A stretch of DNA of 62,293 bases, filler included, from Stramenopiles sp. TOSAG23-2 (taxonomy: Eukaryota): the NCBI GenBank assembly GCA_900128395.1. It is 37 parts of 37 records of this genome, joined end to end, with 100 filler letters (N's around TTAATTAATTAA, not from the genome) between each part and the next. Parts side by side here need not be neighbours in the genome. Positions count along the whole stretch, not along the records: positions 36,334 to 39,496 come from LT651340.1; positions 39,597 to 42,759 come from LT651341.1; positions 42,860 to 46,020 come from LT651342.1; positions 46,121 to 49,280 come from LT651343.1; 33 more parts are not named here. One strand, written 5' to 3'. A program made the position numbers and the translations under genes. Positions 36,662-48,077 of the stretch are shown here, in pieces. The notes beneath the pieces are model-generated. The model did not search any database, was not told where the DNA came from, and saw only the letters and a list, made by a program, of their open reading frames with translations. Position 1 is the first letter of the stretch, and each line of letters opens with the position of its first letter.

Positions 36662-38570
36662 ATGTCGAATAATGATCTTCCAGAAGAAGAACTACTGGAA
36701 TATGAAATACGTAGAGAGGCATATACAACTTCAATAATAAAGAAGAATCCCTTGCCAAAAGAGCATGATAAAAATGACGCAGTCGGAAGATATTTACGCA
36801 GACGCACACACGTACGATCTGGAAGAGCAGTGTTTAAATCCAACATGTTAAAACGTGCTTTTGCTAAGGCAAAAGCTGTCAAAGCACTGCGCGTTATCCG
36901 TAGCATCAAAGGTGGTAAATTCACCACGGAATCGCTTGAACCTAATTTATTACGACAGATGGTATCAGAATTTTCATATTCAACCTGGGCAGCAACATAT
37001 GCCAGACAACAAAAATTAAATATGTCAAATGATCAACAAATTGTAAATGTTAATTTAATAAATAAAGCAGTTCAAGAGGAACGGCATCATGAAAGTAATT
37101 CTAATGTAGGTTTTGAATTTAACAATTTACAAATACCGGAAATGTATAAATGGAGTGCCAATGTACAAAGCAGGTGATAAAGCGGAAAATTTTTATATAG
37201 TTCTAGCTGGTAAACTAATGATAATGATACAACAAATGAATATCGATTTTGTGGTAGCACAAATTGAGGAAGGTGGGCAATTTGGCGAGCATGATTTAGT
37301 ACAGCATTGGCATCATGAAAATGATAATATAGAAGAAAAAGATTGTATAACTGTTGAAGTGAAAGAAGATAACGACGACGTAAAAGGTAATAATGCGAAT
37401 GATGATAAGGATATTCCCAATCAAACGGAAGTTCCATCGGCAAAACCTGTAGATAAGAAAAATGAATCTAAAAGTATAAAGAAAGCTGATGGAATATCTG
37501 AAGCAACAACAGTTGAAAATTTAATAAATGAGGAAAAGATTACAGGTAACAATCAGAAAGAAGAGAAAAAGGTGATAGAGAAGGAAGCGAGCCTAGAACA
37601 ACAAAAAGAGGAAATAGTCTCAGAAAATACGGAAGAAAAAACAAATGATAGTACGAAAAATACCGACGGTAATAATGATGATAATAATACTAAATTAATT
37701 GAAATAGGCGAACAAAATAGTAATGCAATTGAAAATGGTACTGTTAATGATGCAGAGGCAAAACATGTAATAAACCAAGAAGTAGAGGAAGAGGAGGAGG
37801 TAGAAGAAGAATCATTCACTGTACGAACGCATGATATTGTAACTTTAACCCCAGTATTCTGCTTACGAATATCAAAAGCTGAATATTTTCCAATTTATAG
37901 AGATGTTTTAAAAAGGGATTTGTCGAAAAAAATTGCCACATTGAAATCAATGCCATTGTTCAATTTATGTACAAAAAAAGAGATTTTAGTATTGGCAGAA
38001 CATGCGGAAATCAGGCGATATAAAGAACAAGCAATTATAGCCAAAGAAGGACATTTAGCACAGTTTTTATACATTGTATGTGATGGAGATTGTCGTGCTT
38101 TAATGAAGGTAAAAAATGATGCAAAAACAATCAAAGCGTCCGGTAGACGCGCAAGGCGGAATTTGTTAATTGAAATACAGGAATTAGGTGAAGGCATGAC
38201 ATTTGGGGAAACTGTATTATTCAATGAAAAACCACGAAGAGACAAACATGGAAGAAAGAAATATGTTCCACGCTTACGATATCCAGGATCATTAGTATCA
38301 AATGCATATGCAGAAATAATGGTAATACCACGTAAAATATTTTATGAAGGGGGAAAAACGAGAATTATATCAGAACATGCAGTGGGATTAATTAAAGCAA
38401 CAGCAAGACAAACGAAAATGTTGTATGAAAAATCAATTATTGAGAAAAAAATGCATCAAGATAATAAATGGCGTCGGAAAAAAGCAAAGGTATTATTGCC
38501 ATTATTATCAGATACACAATTGAAGTTGATGAAAAAAAATGATGAGTTTAATCAAGGTTATAAAATGTAA
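36662..38570 (+). CDS. Tandem cyclic-nucleotide-binding-domain protein with a frame change near 37150
   Basis: CNB1 PMYKAGDKAENFYIVLAG...GGQFGE...RTHDI and CNB2 LKSMPLFN...IAKEG...LYIVCDG...GMTFGE. ORFs 36662-37177 and 37113-38570 overlap out of frame inside CNB1. Confidence 0.8.
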
Positions 38571-38692
38571 AAAAAAAATTGTACAAGATTCAATACATAT
38601 AGACTCTGTTCTTTATTACAACAAATATATTTTCACACATATTCTATATAATGTACCATACCAAGTAAAAAAAATAACTGCCAAAAATCAAT

Positions 38693-39007
38693 TTACAAAG
38701 ACTCGACTGAACTTTCTTCAGAGTTATCTGAATGTATACTACCATGATCATCATCGTCATCGTCGTCGTCATCATCGTCGTCATCATCGTTATGTAATGT
38801 TGTTGTTTCTTCTTCTTCCTCTTTCGCATTGCGATAACCAATGTATGGTGGTGCTTCTCTATTTTTAATTGCATTCAATACATTTTCAATTTTTTCTTCC
38901 TCTTTTACTAATATTTCCTCAGTATTTACATCTACTTTTGGAAACCATGGATCGGATGCAATATTTGGTTTCAAATTTGGTGTCCATAATGATAATAAAT
39001 GTGACAT
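38693..39007 (-). CDS. ANAPC15: Anaphase-promoting complex subunit 15-like small acidic protein
   Basis: PNLKPNIASDPWF...EEILVKEEEKIENVLNAIKNR...PYIG plus an acidic tail parallels recalled APC15 (PSLFPRVTETLWF...LQSIAEK...VPIG, D/E tail). Confidence 0.6.
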   Translation of the reverse strand: MSHLLSLWTPNLKPNIASDPWFPKVDVNTEEILVKEEEKIENVLNAIKNREAPPYIGYRNAKEEEEETTTLHNDDDDDDDDDDDDDDHGSIHSDNSEESSVESL

Positions 39008-39292
39008 GATATTTACATAAAAGGATAAGGAGAAGGGAAAAAAAAACAAAGAAATGATAATGGTTGTCTCTAATTATATACAATAGAAGAACACAGATAT
39101 CTGTGGTTTTGAAGTTATACTTTCGAATTAATACATATTTCTTAATTCTACTAAAATTAGTTTATTGTATGCTGGTATGCTGGTATGCATGTATTTCAAA
39201 AAAAAAAAGAAGAAGGCCAGAAGGCCTGGAAGGCCCTGGACGGGCTCGTTTAAGCTAAAAGGGGTTTTTTCCCGATGCTGTGTCCATGGACG

Positions 39293-39426
39293 AATGTGCC
39301 CTGAAAAAATTTTCAGGGCACATTTAACCATGGACATAGCATTAGGGCACATTTCAGGGCACATTTCTAGCAAGCCCAGCAAGGACAGCCCTGAAATGTG
39401 CCCTAATGTGCCCTGAAATGTGCCCG
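39293..39426. repeat. Cluster of direct and inverted ATGTGCCCTGAA motifs
   Basis: Hairpin ATGTGCCCTGAAAA-AA-TTTTCAGGGCACAT, plus ATTAGGGCACATTTCAGGGC paired with GCCCTGAAATGTGCCCTAAT. Confidence 0.85.
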
Positions 39427-39596
39427 CAAAATTTATAAACTTATACTAAGTCTGTACACTGATATTATTTTAACCTATCAAAATCCAAATTTTCAGNNNN
39501 NNNNNNNNNNNNNNNNNNNNNNNNNNNNNNNNNNNNNNNNTTAATTAATTAANNNNNNNNNNNNNNNNNNNNNNNNNNNNNNNNNNNNNNNNNNNN

Positions 39597-40239
39597 TAGT
39601 GATAATAGTTTAAATAATGACGAAGCAGTAGATCGTCAACGAAGCTTTCGTTTCAAAGCAGAAAGATCTAATGTGGAACTATTTGCAAATAGTCGCCAGG
39701 CGACACGTATGAAGAAAGGTGGTATTATGGGTGCAGTAGAGGGGGCAGCCAAAGGCGCGGTTAATAAACAGGTTACAAAAAAGGCAAAGTCTATGGGATT
39801 AATATATAGGTTTTATCCAGAAGAAAAAGTATATGCTCAAAACGAGGAGAAAGCTAAACAAATGGTTGTAACTATGAACGATAGAAATAAAAAGAATTTA
39901 GAAAAGTGGAAAAAAGAAAATACAGTATGGTTAGCAGAAGCTAAGAAAAGTATTGGGGGTTACTCATGGGGAGATAAACAATTATGTGGTAGTTGCCATA
40001 TAGTTTTAAATATTGCTTGGCATAATGTCGAACAAATAGAAGATCCAGACGAGGATGATGTTTATAACGCAATTGCTGATGTTTGTGGTGAACATATATC
40101 AGTCGCTGAAGAAGCTTGTAAAAAAATTGAATCTGATTCAGCAACCGTAACAGAGAAATTATTAACATCAAAAGAAGTACAGGCAGTTTGTGTAGATATT
40201 GAATTATGCACACTTAGAACTTTGTCTTCATATCAGTAA
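39597..40239 (+). CDS. Protein with C-terminal saposin B-type domain, 5'-truncated
   Basis: Six-Cys pattern LCGSCHIVL...VC...AC...VCVDIELC. Confidence 0.8.
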
Positions 40240-40348
40240 ATATAAAATATATATATGTGAGTAGAGCTGTTTATAATTATGCACACTTAGAACTTTGTCT
40301 TCATATCAGTAAATATAAAATATATATATGTGAGTAGAGCTGTTTATA
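40202..40348. repeat. 73-bp tandem duplication over the saposin gene 3' end
   Basis: AATTATGCACACTTAG...GCTGTTTATA repeats at 40202 and 40275. Confidence 0.9.
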
Positions 40349-40770
40349 TCATCATCATAAATGATATCATAAAATATTATATTTTATTTGAATTAAGGAT
40401 TTATACTCTCATATGATAGAGGATAGCTTACTAAAATATTAATGACACCTTACCTGGTTTTAAATTAAAAAAATATGAATAATTTTATTATTATAAAAAT
40501 TTAAACCGGGGGTGTGCCAGTGTGGTGGGGAAGTTTTATTTTTTACTCCTCCTTCTGTGAAAGCTTTTTCTACACAAAAAATGTCGATTGAAATTCTTCA
40601 ACATAACGCATTTTTTTACGCGCGTAGTACATTCACAAACACCAAACCACACCACACCACGCGCACTGTATTTTTTCATTTTTTCCACATACCTGCAAGC
40701 TGGCAAGATTAATTTATGCATTATTAGATTTTATTAAAACAACACACGCATAAACTATATATATCAATAT

Positions 40771-41407
40771 TTATCGGGCAACACCAGTTTGTCCAAGTTT
40801 ATTATAATGTTCGCGTATGAAATCGATAAATGTTGTGTAACTCAATTCCTCAATATCATCACCATAAAAGGTATCTTCTAACAATACAATGTCAGATTCA
40901 TTTACACTAACTCCAACTCCAGCCTTAAGTGCACAACTAAATTCATATCGATCAACATGTCCGCTATTATCAACGTCAAAGTTTTTAAATGCTTTTCTAG
41001 CATCAGATTCCTTCCCTTTGGAAAAGAATGCAGTTGCAAATTCATTTAATAATTGATTTAATCTACGTCCTTTTTCCCGATCAGCAGTTTGCTTATTCAT
41101 ATGTGCTAAATATTTCGCTGCTTCTTCTGAATCAAAACTATTTGAATCATGACCTGAATCATTGTATGCTGCATGTGCTGATTTTCCTTTCTCAACGTAA
41201 TCTTTTGGTATCATTGCATGGCAGAATTCTGCATATGAAATTTCACCTTGGCCATCACCGTCATATTTTCGCATCAATGTAATTAAATCAGTATCCGTCA
41301 TGTAAATTCCCATTTCTTCCAACATAATACGGAACTCATCATAATCAATGTAGCCACTGAAATCTTTATCTGCTTTACGGAATGATTTACGAATATTAAC
41401 AGCTAAA
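40771..41407 (-). CDS. Multi-EF-hand calcium-binding protein, terminal exon
   Basis: FRKADKDFSGYIDYDEF, KYDGDGQGEISYAEF and NFDVDNSGHVDRYEF; TAG acceptor just upstream of 41407. Confidence 0.85.
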
Positions 41408-41754
41408 CTAGGAATTATATTTGATGTATATATATGTATGTATGTATATGTATCTTTCCTTTTTCATGTATATGTATGTATATATAAAATCGTATATATA
41501 TTTGTAATTAAAAAACGCTTGCGAAAAAATGTATATTTCATAAAAGGGGTTAATCCATGCTATGCACATGCTATGGCCATATTTCATATACCAGGTATAT
41601 GGACAGTTTCACTATCCTTTCAACGTCTTAAAAACTTTCTCACGTAAAAAATGTTTTCAGGCATAAAAATTTTGATATGAATACGCAATATATAGGGAAT
41701 GGAGTTTTAGTATACCCATTTATATACTTCAATATAGAATATAGTATCATTTAA

Positions 41755-42179
41755 TATTGCCGTTCTCAAAAATCATGCCGAAAACCTTACATCGTTCAAA
41801 ATCCAAAATCTGGTCTTCCACACACTTTTTTTTTAGTTCATTCGTGTGTGTATATACTAATAAGTACAATATACTATGTAGATTTTATGTGATTTTATTT
41901 GTTCATTTTTACATTAAAAAATACAATAGTGTGCCATTATATTTTATATCTTTTTTCAATTTTGACATTTTATTAAATTTTGATGCAATAAAATATAATG
42001 GCACACTATTGTATTTTTTAATGTAAAAATAACCAAATAAAACACATAAAATCTACATAGTATATTGTACTTATTAGTATATACACACACGAATGAACTA
42101 AAAAAAAAGTGTGTGGAAGACCAGATTTTGGATTTTGAACGATGTAAGGTTTTCGGCATGATTTTTGAGAACGGCAATA
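41755..42179. repeat. Fold-back: ~193-bp inverted arms with ~40-bp spacer (MITE-like or amplification hairpin)
   Basis: 41755-41947 is the reverse complement of 41988-42179, with mismatches around 41891-41904. Confidence 0.9.
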
Positions 42180-42334
42180 ACCCTATTTCTATATAACAAA
42201 CTAAAACAAAGATATTTTTTTTTGCACATTCATTGTGCCATTCTTACTCTCATTTTTTTTTGAAAATTGTTATAATTTATATAAATATATAGTTTGTTTA
42301 CGTGCGCTGGTGGTGTAATTATATTGTTGTTGTT

Positions 42335-42759
42335 GTTGCATGTGTTTGTAATTATTATTTATATTGTTTGATAATATACGAGAAAAGAATTATTATTGTA
42401 CATATATATATTACTCAAAAAAAAAAAACAAGAATGACACCAATTATAACAATATTATTAATACGAGTTATATGTTATTTTTGTATCATTGCATCAACAA
42501 ATGCAGCAATCCAAAAAAATGAAAATTGGCAAACATGTGGTAATTTAAAACAAGTTGCATGTGTTTGTAATTATTATTTATATTGTTTGATAATATACGA
42601 GAAAAGAATTATTATTGTACATATATATATTACTCAAAAAAAAAACAAGAATGACACCAATTATAACAATATTATTAATACGAGTTATATGTTATTTTTG
42701 TATCATTGCATCAACAAATGCAGCAATCCAAAAAAATGAAAATTGGCAAACATGTGGTA
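42335..42759 (+). repeat. ~208-bp direct duplication containing the start of a signal-peptide ORF (MTPIITILLIRVICYFCIIASTNA)
   Basis: 42335-42542 is repeated at 42554-42759 and differs in poly-A length. Confidence 0.85.
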
Positions 42760-42859
42760 NNNNNNNNNNNNNNNNNNNNNNNNNNNNNNNNNNNNNNNNN
42801 NNNTTAATTAATTAANNNNNNNNNNNNNNNNNNNNNNNNNNNNNNNNNNNNNNNNNNNN

Positions 42860-44529
42860 GAAAAGAATTATTATCATTTGCTATGTGTAGAAAAAATTTA
42901 ATGAAAAAAAAGAAAAAGAAAAAAAATAATAAAAAAAAATCCAAATTTAATAATAATAATAATAATAATAATTATAAAAAGAACATTGTTGTTATGGATA
43001 ATGATGAATATTATCTTCAAGCACAAATAGCGGTTGAATGTGCGAATATTTTAATATCTTTAATATTAAACAAGGGACAAACACAACAACAACAATATAT
43101 TTATAATAAATCCGAACCATTAAAGGCAGCAGCATTTTTGACATTATGTGAGTTATGTAAGCCGACTACATATTTTTCCAATAAGATAGATGGGCAAAAT
43201 ATTGATATTGTACAATTAACTGAAAGTTTTAATATATCAGTAAATGGATTGATTGATGCTACGTTGAGCACAAAATTATTTGAAAAAATAGTATTACAAA
43301 AAAATAACGTATCCAATCGAGTAGTTGATTCCATTTTAAATTTAATTGATATATTATTACAAAATAGTAGCAGAAATTTTGCAAAGTTACGAACAGCAAT
43401 TTCAAAATCAGAAATTGTTGGTGAAATTTTTTTGCCACATGTCAATAAATTAATACACATATACATGTATAACACTGGTATTGATGCAAGGCATATTATT
43501 ATAGAAAAACGAGCTGCACGATCATCAATTTTATATTCAATGCGAGCATTAGCTGCTTTAACATTTAAATTGAAAGGGGCAAAAGAGGTAATTGCAAAAA
43601 ATGATCCGACTTTACATTTATTGCGTATTTCACAAATCCAATCAAATCCAAATATTTTGTCCGCAATTTGCAAACTCCATGTCAATATTGAAGGTGGGCA
43701 TGGTCAAAATTGGAGGAACAACCATAATACTATTGTTCAAAAACTTCAAACTGTAATTGTGGAAAATATTGTCAGTGATGATACGAATAATTCTCGTTTT
43801 CAAATTTTAATGGATTGCTTTTATAATGGTATAGATGGCTTACCAATTAATCAAGCTTCCAGAGCATATGTAAAAATGCACAACATGTTTAAAAGTTTAC
43901 AAGATCAAAGAGTAAGTTTAAGTATCAGTAGTGATGGTGGTAGCACTGATAAGAAAAGTAATGATGATGATGATGATGATGATTATATTAGTACAAAACG
44001 TATTTCTGGTAATGAGAAAAAGAATGATGAAGTAGCAACAGAAGAACGAAGCAATCGTCACATTAGTAAAATTAACAAAAGTCTTGCCATAACTTCATCG
44101 TCCACAACCATCAATAATAACAACAATGATAACAAAACATATGAGAATAAGAGTATGTTTGGTATGAATAATGGTATCAATAACAATAATTCCAATGCCC
44201 CTGTAAAATTTTGTTGTATTTTATCTGGACAAGTAATGGATGATCCTATAAAGCATCCAATGCATGACATGCATTGCGATAGATCAACATTGGAAATTTA
44301 TAAAATAAAACAAGAGATGAAATCGAAAAAGGATGAAGTTGTATTTTGGCCAAAGTCACTAGAGAAAGATATTCCATTAGATGATGTCGAAACACTTGAA
44401 ACAGATTTGGAGTTGCAAAATGAAATACAAATGTGGAGAATGGAAAATATATTGAAAGGTAGTGAAAAATCGTCATGGCCTTTTGGAAATGATATTGATT
44501 CTAGTAGTACCAGTACTAATAAAAAGTGA
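42860..44529 (+). CDS. Helical (ARM-like) protein with a C-terminal U-box; putative E3 ligase, 5'-truncated
   Basis: APVKFCCILSGQVMDDPI...CDRSTLE...LETDLELQNEIQMW is a U-box pattern. Confidence 0.75.
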
Positions 44530-44843
44530 GAAAAAAAAAAAAAATTATACACCTGTGATGTTTTTTTTATATAAAATATATTATATATATGATATGACCA
44601 ATATATATATATGATATATGAGTAAATTAAAAAATAAGTTATGCATTAATTATACTATATATATAATTTAAGTTTACATGTGTATACACACACATACAAC
44701 ACAAGATATTTTTTAGAAAATTTTAGCGCATTTCACTTTAAAAATATTTATACGGCACACACACTATTTTCTAATTTATAATATACGCGTACGAGTATTA
44801 AATATACGAGTGTAATATTATATGTCTCCTCGTGTCTCATTTT

Positions 44844-45602
44844 TTAATTAAATTGTACAATAACCTTTTGTCCTAATTCATTTAATTCATCTGCTTTATT
44901 ATACGTCATATTTCTTTTATTATTTCTCCTACTTTCACGTTTCATTTCATCACTACCACCACGTTTTAAATTTTCAAAATCGGATTGAAATTCTTTTGCT
45001 GCTGCTATTTGTTGCGACGCAAAATTTTGTAGAGCTTCTAATATATCATCTTTACGCGCATCTTCCGCAGATGTATCTAATACTCCAATTGGTGGAATAG
45101 CTGCACCGCTAACATCAACCATAACATTTATTGTACGTGATACTATTTGTTTCAAGCGTTTCTTTTCAGCTTTTTTGTTGAACGTGACATCATTTTTATT
45201 ACCATTGTTATTTGCTGAGACGCGACCTGCTTGGACATTCGCACTAGATTGGTTCACAAAATCACCTTCCATGTGTTTTGGCACTTCAAGAAATCCACGA
45301 AAAAGTCTCATGGAAGAAAAATGTGGTGAACTCAAAGTGGTACTTAACCACTGTTGCAAATGCTCTTGTCGCAAGCGTACAAAACTAGGAGACATATTTC
45401 CAAAGAATTTTTTTGGCGGTAAAGGTGGTAATGGTAATTGCGGCGCTGCACGACGTAAGCTTGAACATAACGAATCAAATTGCCTATACCTCTTTTGCAC
45501 TTGCCATGTCTTATTGGAAAAACTAACAACCATAACATATTCTGTATGGTTTTCAACTACTTGGTTCCCCACAATTTTGACGTCAATTGAATGTGATTCC
45601 AT
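44844..45602 (-). CDS. PX-domain protein with a LAMTOR1-like C-terminal helix
   Basis: HTEYVMVV...WQVQKRYRQFDSL...LPPLPPKKFFGNMSPSFVRLRQEHLQQWL is a PX domain. EKKRLKQIVSRTINVMVDVSG resembles the LAMTOR1 core. Confidence 0.85.
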   Translation of the reverse strand: MESHSIDVKIVGNQVVENHTEYVMVVSFSNKTWQVQKRYRQFDSLCSSLRRAAPQLPLPPLPPKKFFGNMSPSFVRLRQEHLQQWLSTTLSSPHFSSMRLFRGFLEVPKHMEGDFVNQSSANVQAGRVSANNNGNKNDVTFNKKAEKKRLKQIVSRTINVMVDVSGAAIPPIGVLDTSAEDARKDDILEALQNFASQQIAAAKEFQSDFENLKRGGSDEMKRESRRNNKRNMTYNKADELNELGQKVIVQFN

Positions 45603-46432
45603 TTTTATTATTGTTATTGAATTAATTATTATATGTAATACTTGCTACAATCACCGGAATCACACACACAATTTTTTATATCAATATATATATATATAAA
45701 ACCAATAGTATCTTATTATATATATATATATAACCAATTGTATCTTATTATATTTATATTTTACATGTAAAATACAAATATATATTTATACATATAAAAA
45801 TTAAATTATAATAACTAGTCTAATAAAAATGTAAAAAAATTCAATAAATAATAATAATTATATACAACAGAGGAGTAGACGACGACTATACCTTAACCTG
45901 TATATAGTCTAGAGCTAGCCAGCTACCACCAGTGGTAGTTCTTACACACTATGAAACATTTTGACGTTTGTATCCCTTGCTGTGTCAATGCTATTAATTA
46001 GCAGGTATATAGCATTATAANNNNNNNNNNNNNNNNNNNNNNNNNNNNNNNNNNNNNNNNNNNNTTAATTAATTAANNNNNNNNNNNNNNNNNNNNNNNN
46101 NNNNNNNNNNNNNNNNNNNNGGTAAATATCACGTCGGAGGTGAACTCAGCGGAGGTGGAAATTGTTCATTTTAAAGTGTCACCTGCTCGATATTACATGT
46201 ATGATGTTAATTTGTTTTTACCTTAACCTAAACCTAAAAACAAAACCCGTAATATCTAATATCTATATCTGTGTACAAATAAGGATCAACATAGCACTCG
46301 TTATTATAATATTAGATCATGATCACAGCACTAAATAAATCTCAGTTTTTACGAAAAAGAAAAAAGAATATGAATGCAAATATCCAAACACTATATTATA
46401 CAAACATTACAGATATAGATGTACAGCGATGT

Positions 46433-46598
46433 ACAGACACAGTTGATAGAATATAATAATTAAAAAAATAAATAAGAGACACAACCATGACGAGTATTGC
46501 GAATGACGATGTAGAAACAGACACAGTTGATAGAATAATAATTAAAAAAATAAATAAGAGACACAACCATGACGAGTATTGCGAATGACGATGTAGAA
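46433..46598. repeat. 84-bp tandem duplication spanning the RhoGAP start codon
   Basis: ACAGACACAGTTGATAG...ATGACGAGT...GTAGAAA at 46433 and 46517, with a 2-nt indel between copies. Confidence 0.85.
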
Positions 46599-48034
46599 AA
46601 CACTACGGCGGATACAACGAAAGAAAAACCAACCAAAGAAATCGAAACGGAAGAATATCTTGCAAGAAAAAAATTAGCAAATGAAACAGATTTCACAGAG
46701 TTTGAAAAACAAGTGGTGATAGGAATTACAGATAACATTGTTGTATTTACACCACGTGCTGCTGGTGAAAATCCAGATATGAATCTATTGCTCAACTATA
46801 TGATATTGAAATTAGACAAAGTGGTTGAAAATAAATATAATTTAGTATATTGCCATACAGGTATGAGTTTATTTTCTAGGAAACATTTCTCTTGGTTAAA
46901 ATCTTGTTATAATTTATTAGGCCGAAAATTTAAAAAAAATATCACCAAGTTAATTATTGTTCATCCAAGTTTCATTATTAATGCTGGATTTATGTTTGCA
47001 AGACCATTTATTTCTTCAAAATTTTGGAAAAAATTACATCGTGAATCTAGCATTACAAACGTTGCAAAGATTTTAAATCTAGTACAACCATTAAAAGTTG
47101 CACCTGTCGTATATAAATATGAAGGATTAGATGAACCAAAATTATATTTTGGTGCTCCATTGGAAAATCAAGAAAAAAATAATAATAGCAGTGAATTGCC
47201 AATCTACCTAGAAAGTGTGACTAGTTTTTTATTAAACAATGATGCATTAAATATTGAAGGTATCTTTCGTATACCAGGAAATGCAAAAGGTATTGAACGG
47301 TATATTAATAATATTGAAAATGGCCAAAATTTAGTTGATATTTATGAAAATGAAGCAAAAATGGAAACATTTTCACAAGTAGATCATTTACATATTATTG
47401 GTGGTACATTAAAAGCATATTTACGTGATTTACCAGTTCCATTATTTCCATTTAATTCATATCAACCATTAATAGATTTAATGAAAGAGTTTAATACAAA
47501 TGATAATAGTAATAATATGTCGTCGTCGACAACTAGTGACAATGATATGAAAGCAAAAATGGTACCAAAAGAAATTAAATTTATTGATGATGGTATGGAA
47601 ATATTAAATACATATTGTGATGAATATAATATGAAAATTATTACATAGTAAGTTGAAAATATATATATATATATATACTGATACATCCGTATTATGTTCT
47701 AAACTAACAACACCAAAATAATAATATTTTTACCATATATATCGATACAAACAGCTTACTATGTTTTTTATCGAAATGTTCCAAAGCATCTGCAATTACA
47801 AAAATGCAAGAAAGTAATTTAGCAATTGTATTTGCACCAAATTTATTACGAGCACCATTAAATGCAGATCCTATGGTAGAAGTTTCACAAATGCAAGATG
47901 CATGCAAAGTATTGGAACTGTTTATTAAATATTCAAATGATATATTAAATTTAAATAATAAATATAATTTTCAATTGAACAATCAATTGGATACTGGTGT
48001 TGGTGTTACACCATTACTTGGTGATGCGCTTTAA
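46569..48034 (+). CDS. BCH/Sec14-RhoGAP (ARHGAP1/p50RhoGAP-like), two exons (46569-47647, 47755-48034)
   Basis: YNLVYCHTG...WLKSCY...KKNITKLIIVHPS...PFISSKFWKK (BCH), FGAPL, EGIFRIPG, LKAYLRDLPVPL. Intron 47648-47754 (GTAAGT...CTAAC...CAG) joins in frame to KMQESNLAIVFAPNL. Confidence 0.93.
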
Positions 48035-48077
48035 GTGGTGCAGTGGGTTTGTGTTTTAGAGAGATATTACGAGAGAG

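Noticed and set aside
41757-42177. Two mirror ORFs MPFSKIMPKTLHRS...
   Set aside because: By-products of the fold-back, with TTG starts and no protein-like composition.
9661-46250. Telomere-like CCCTAA/AAACCCTA bits at 9667, 15682, 35464 and 46221
   Set aside because: Only one to three degenerate units each; not telomeric arrays, and too weak to call telo-boxes.
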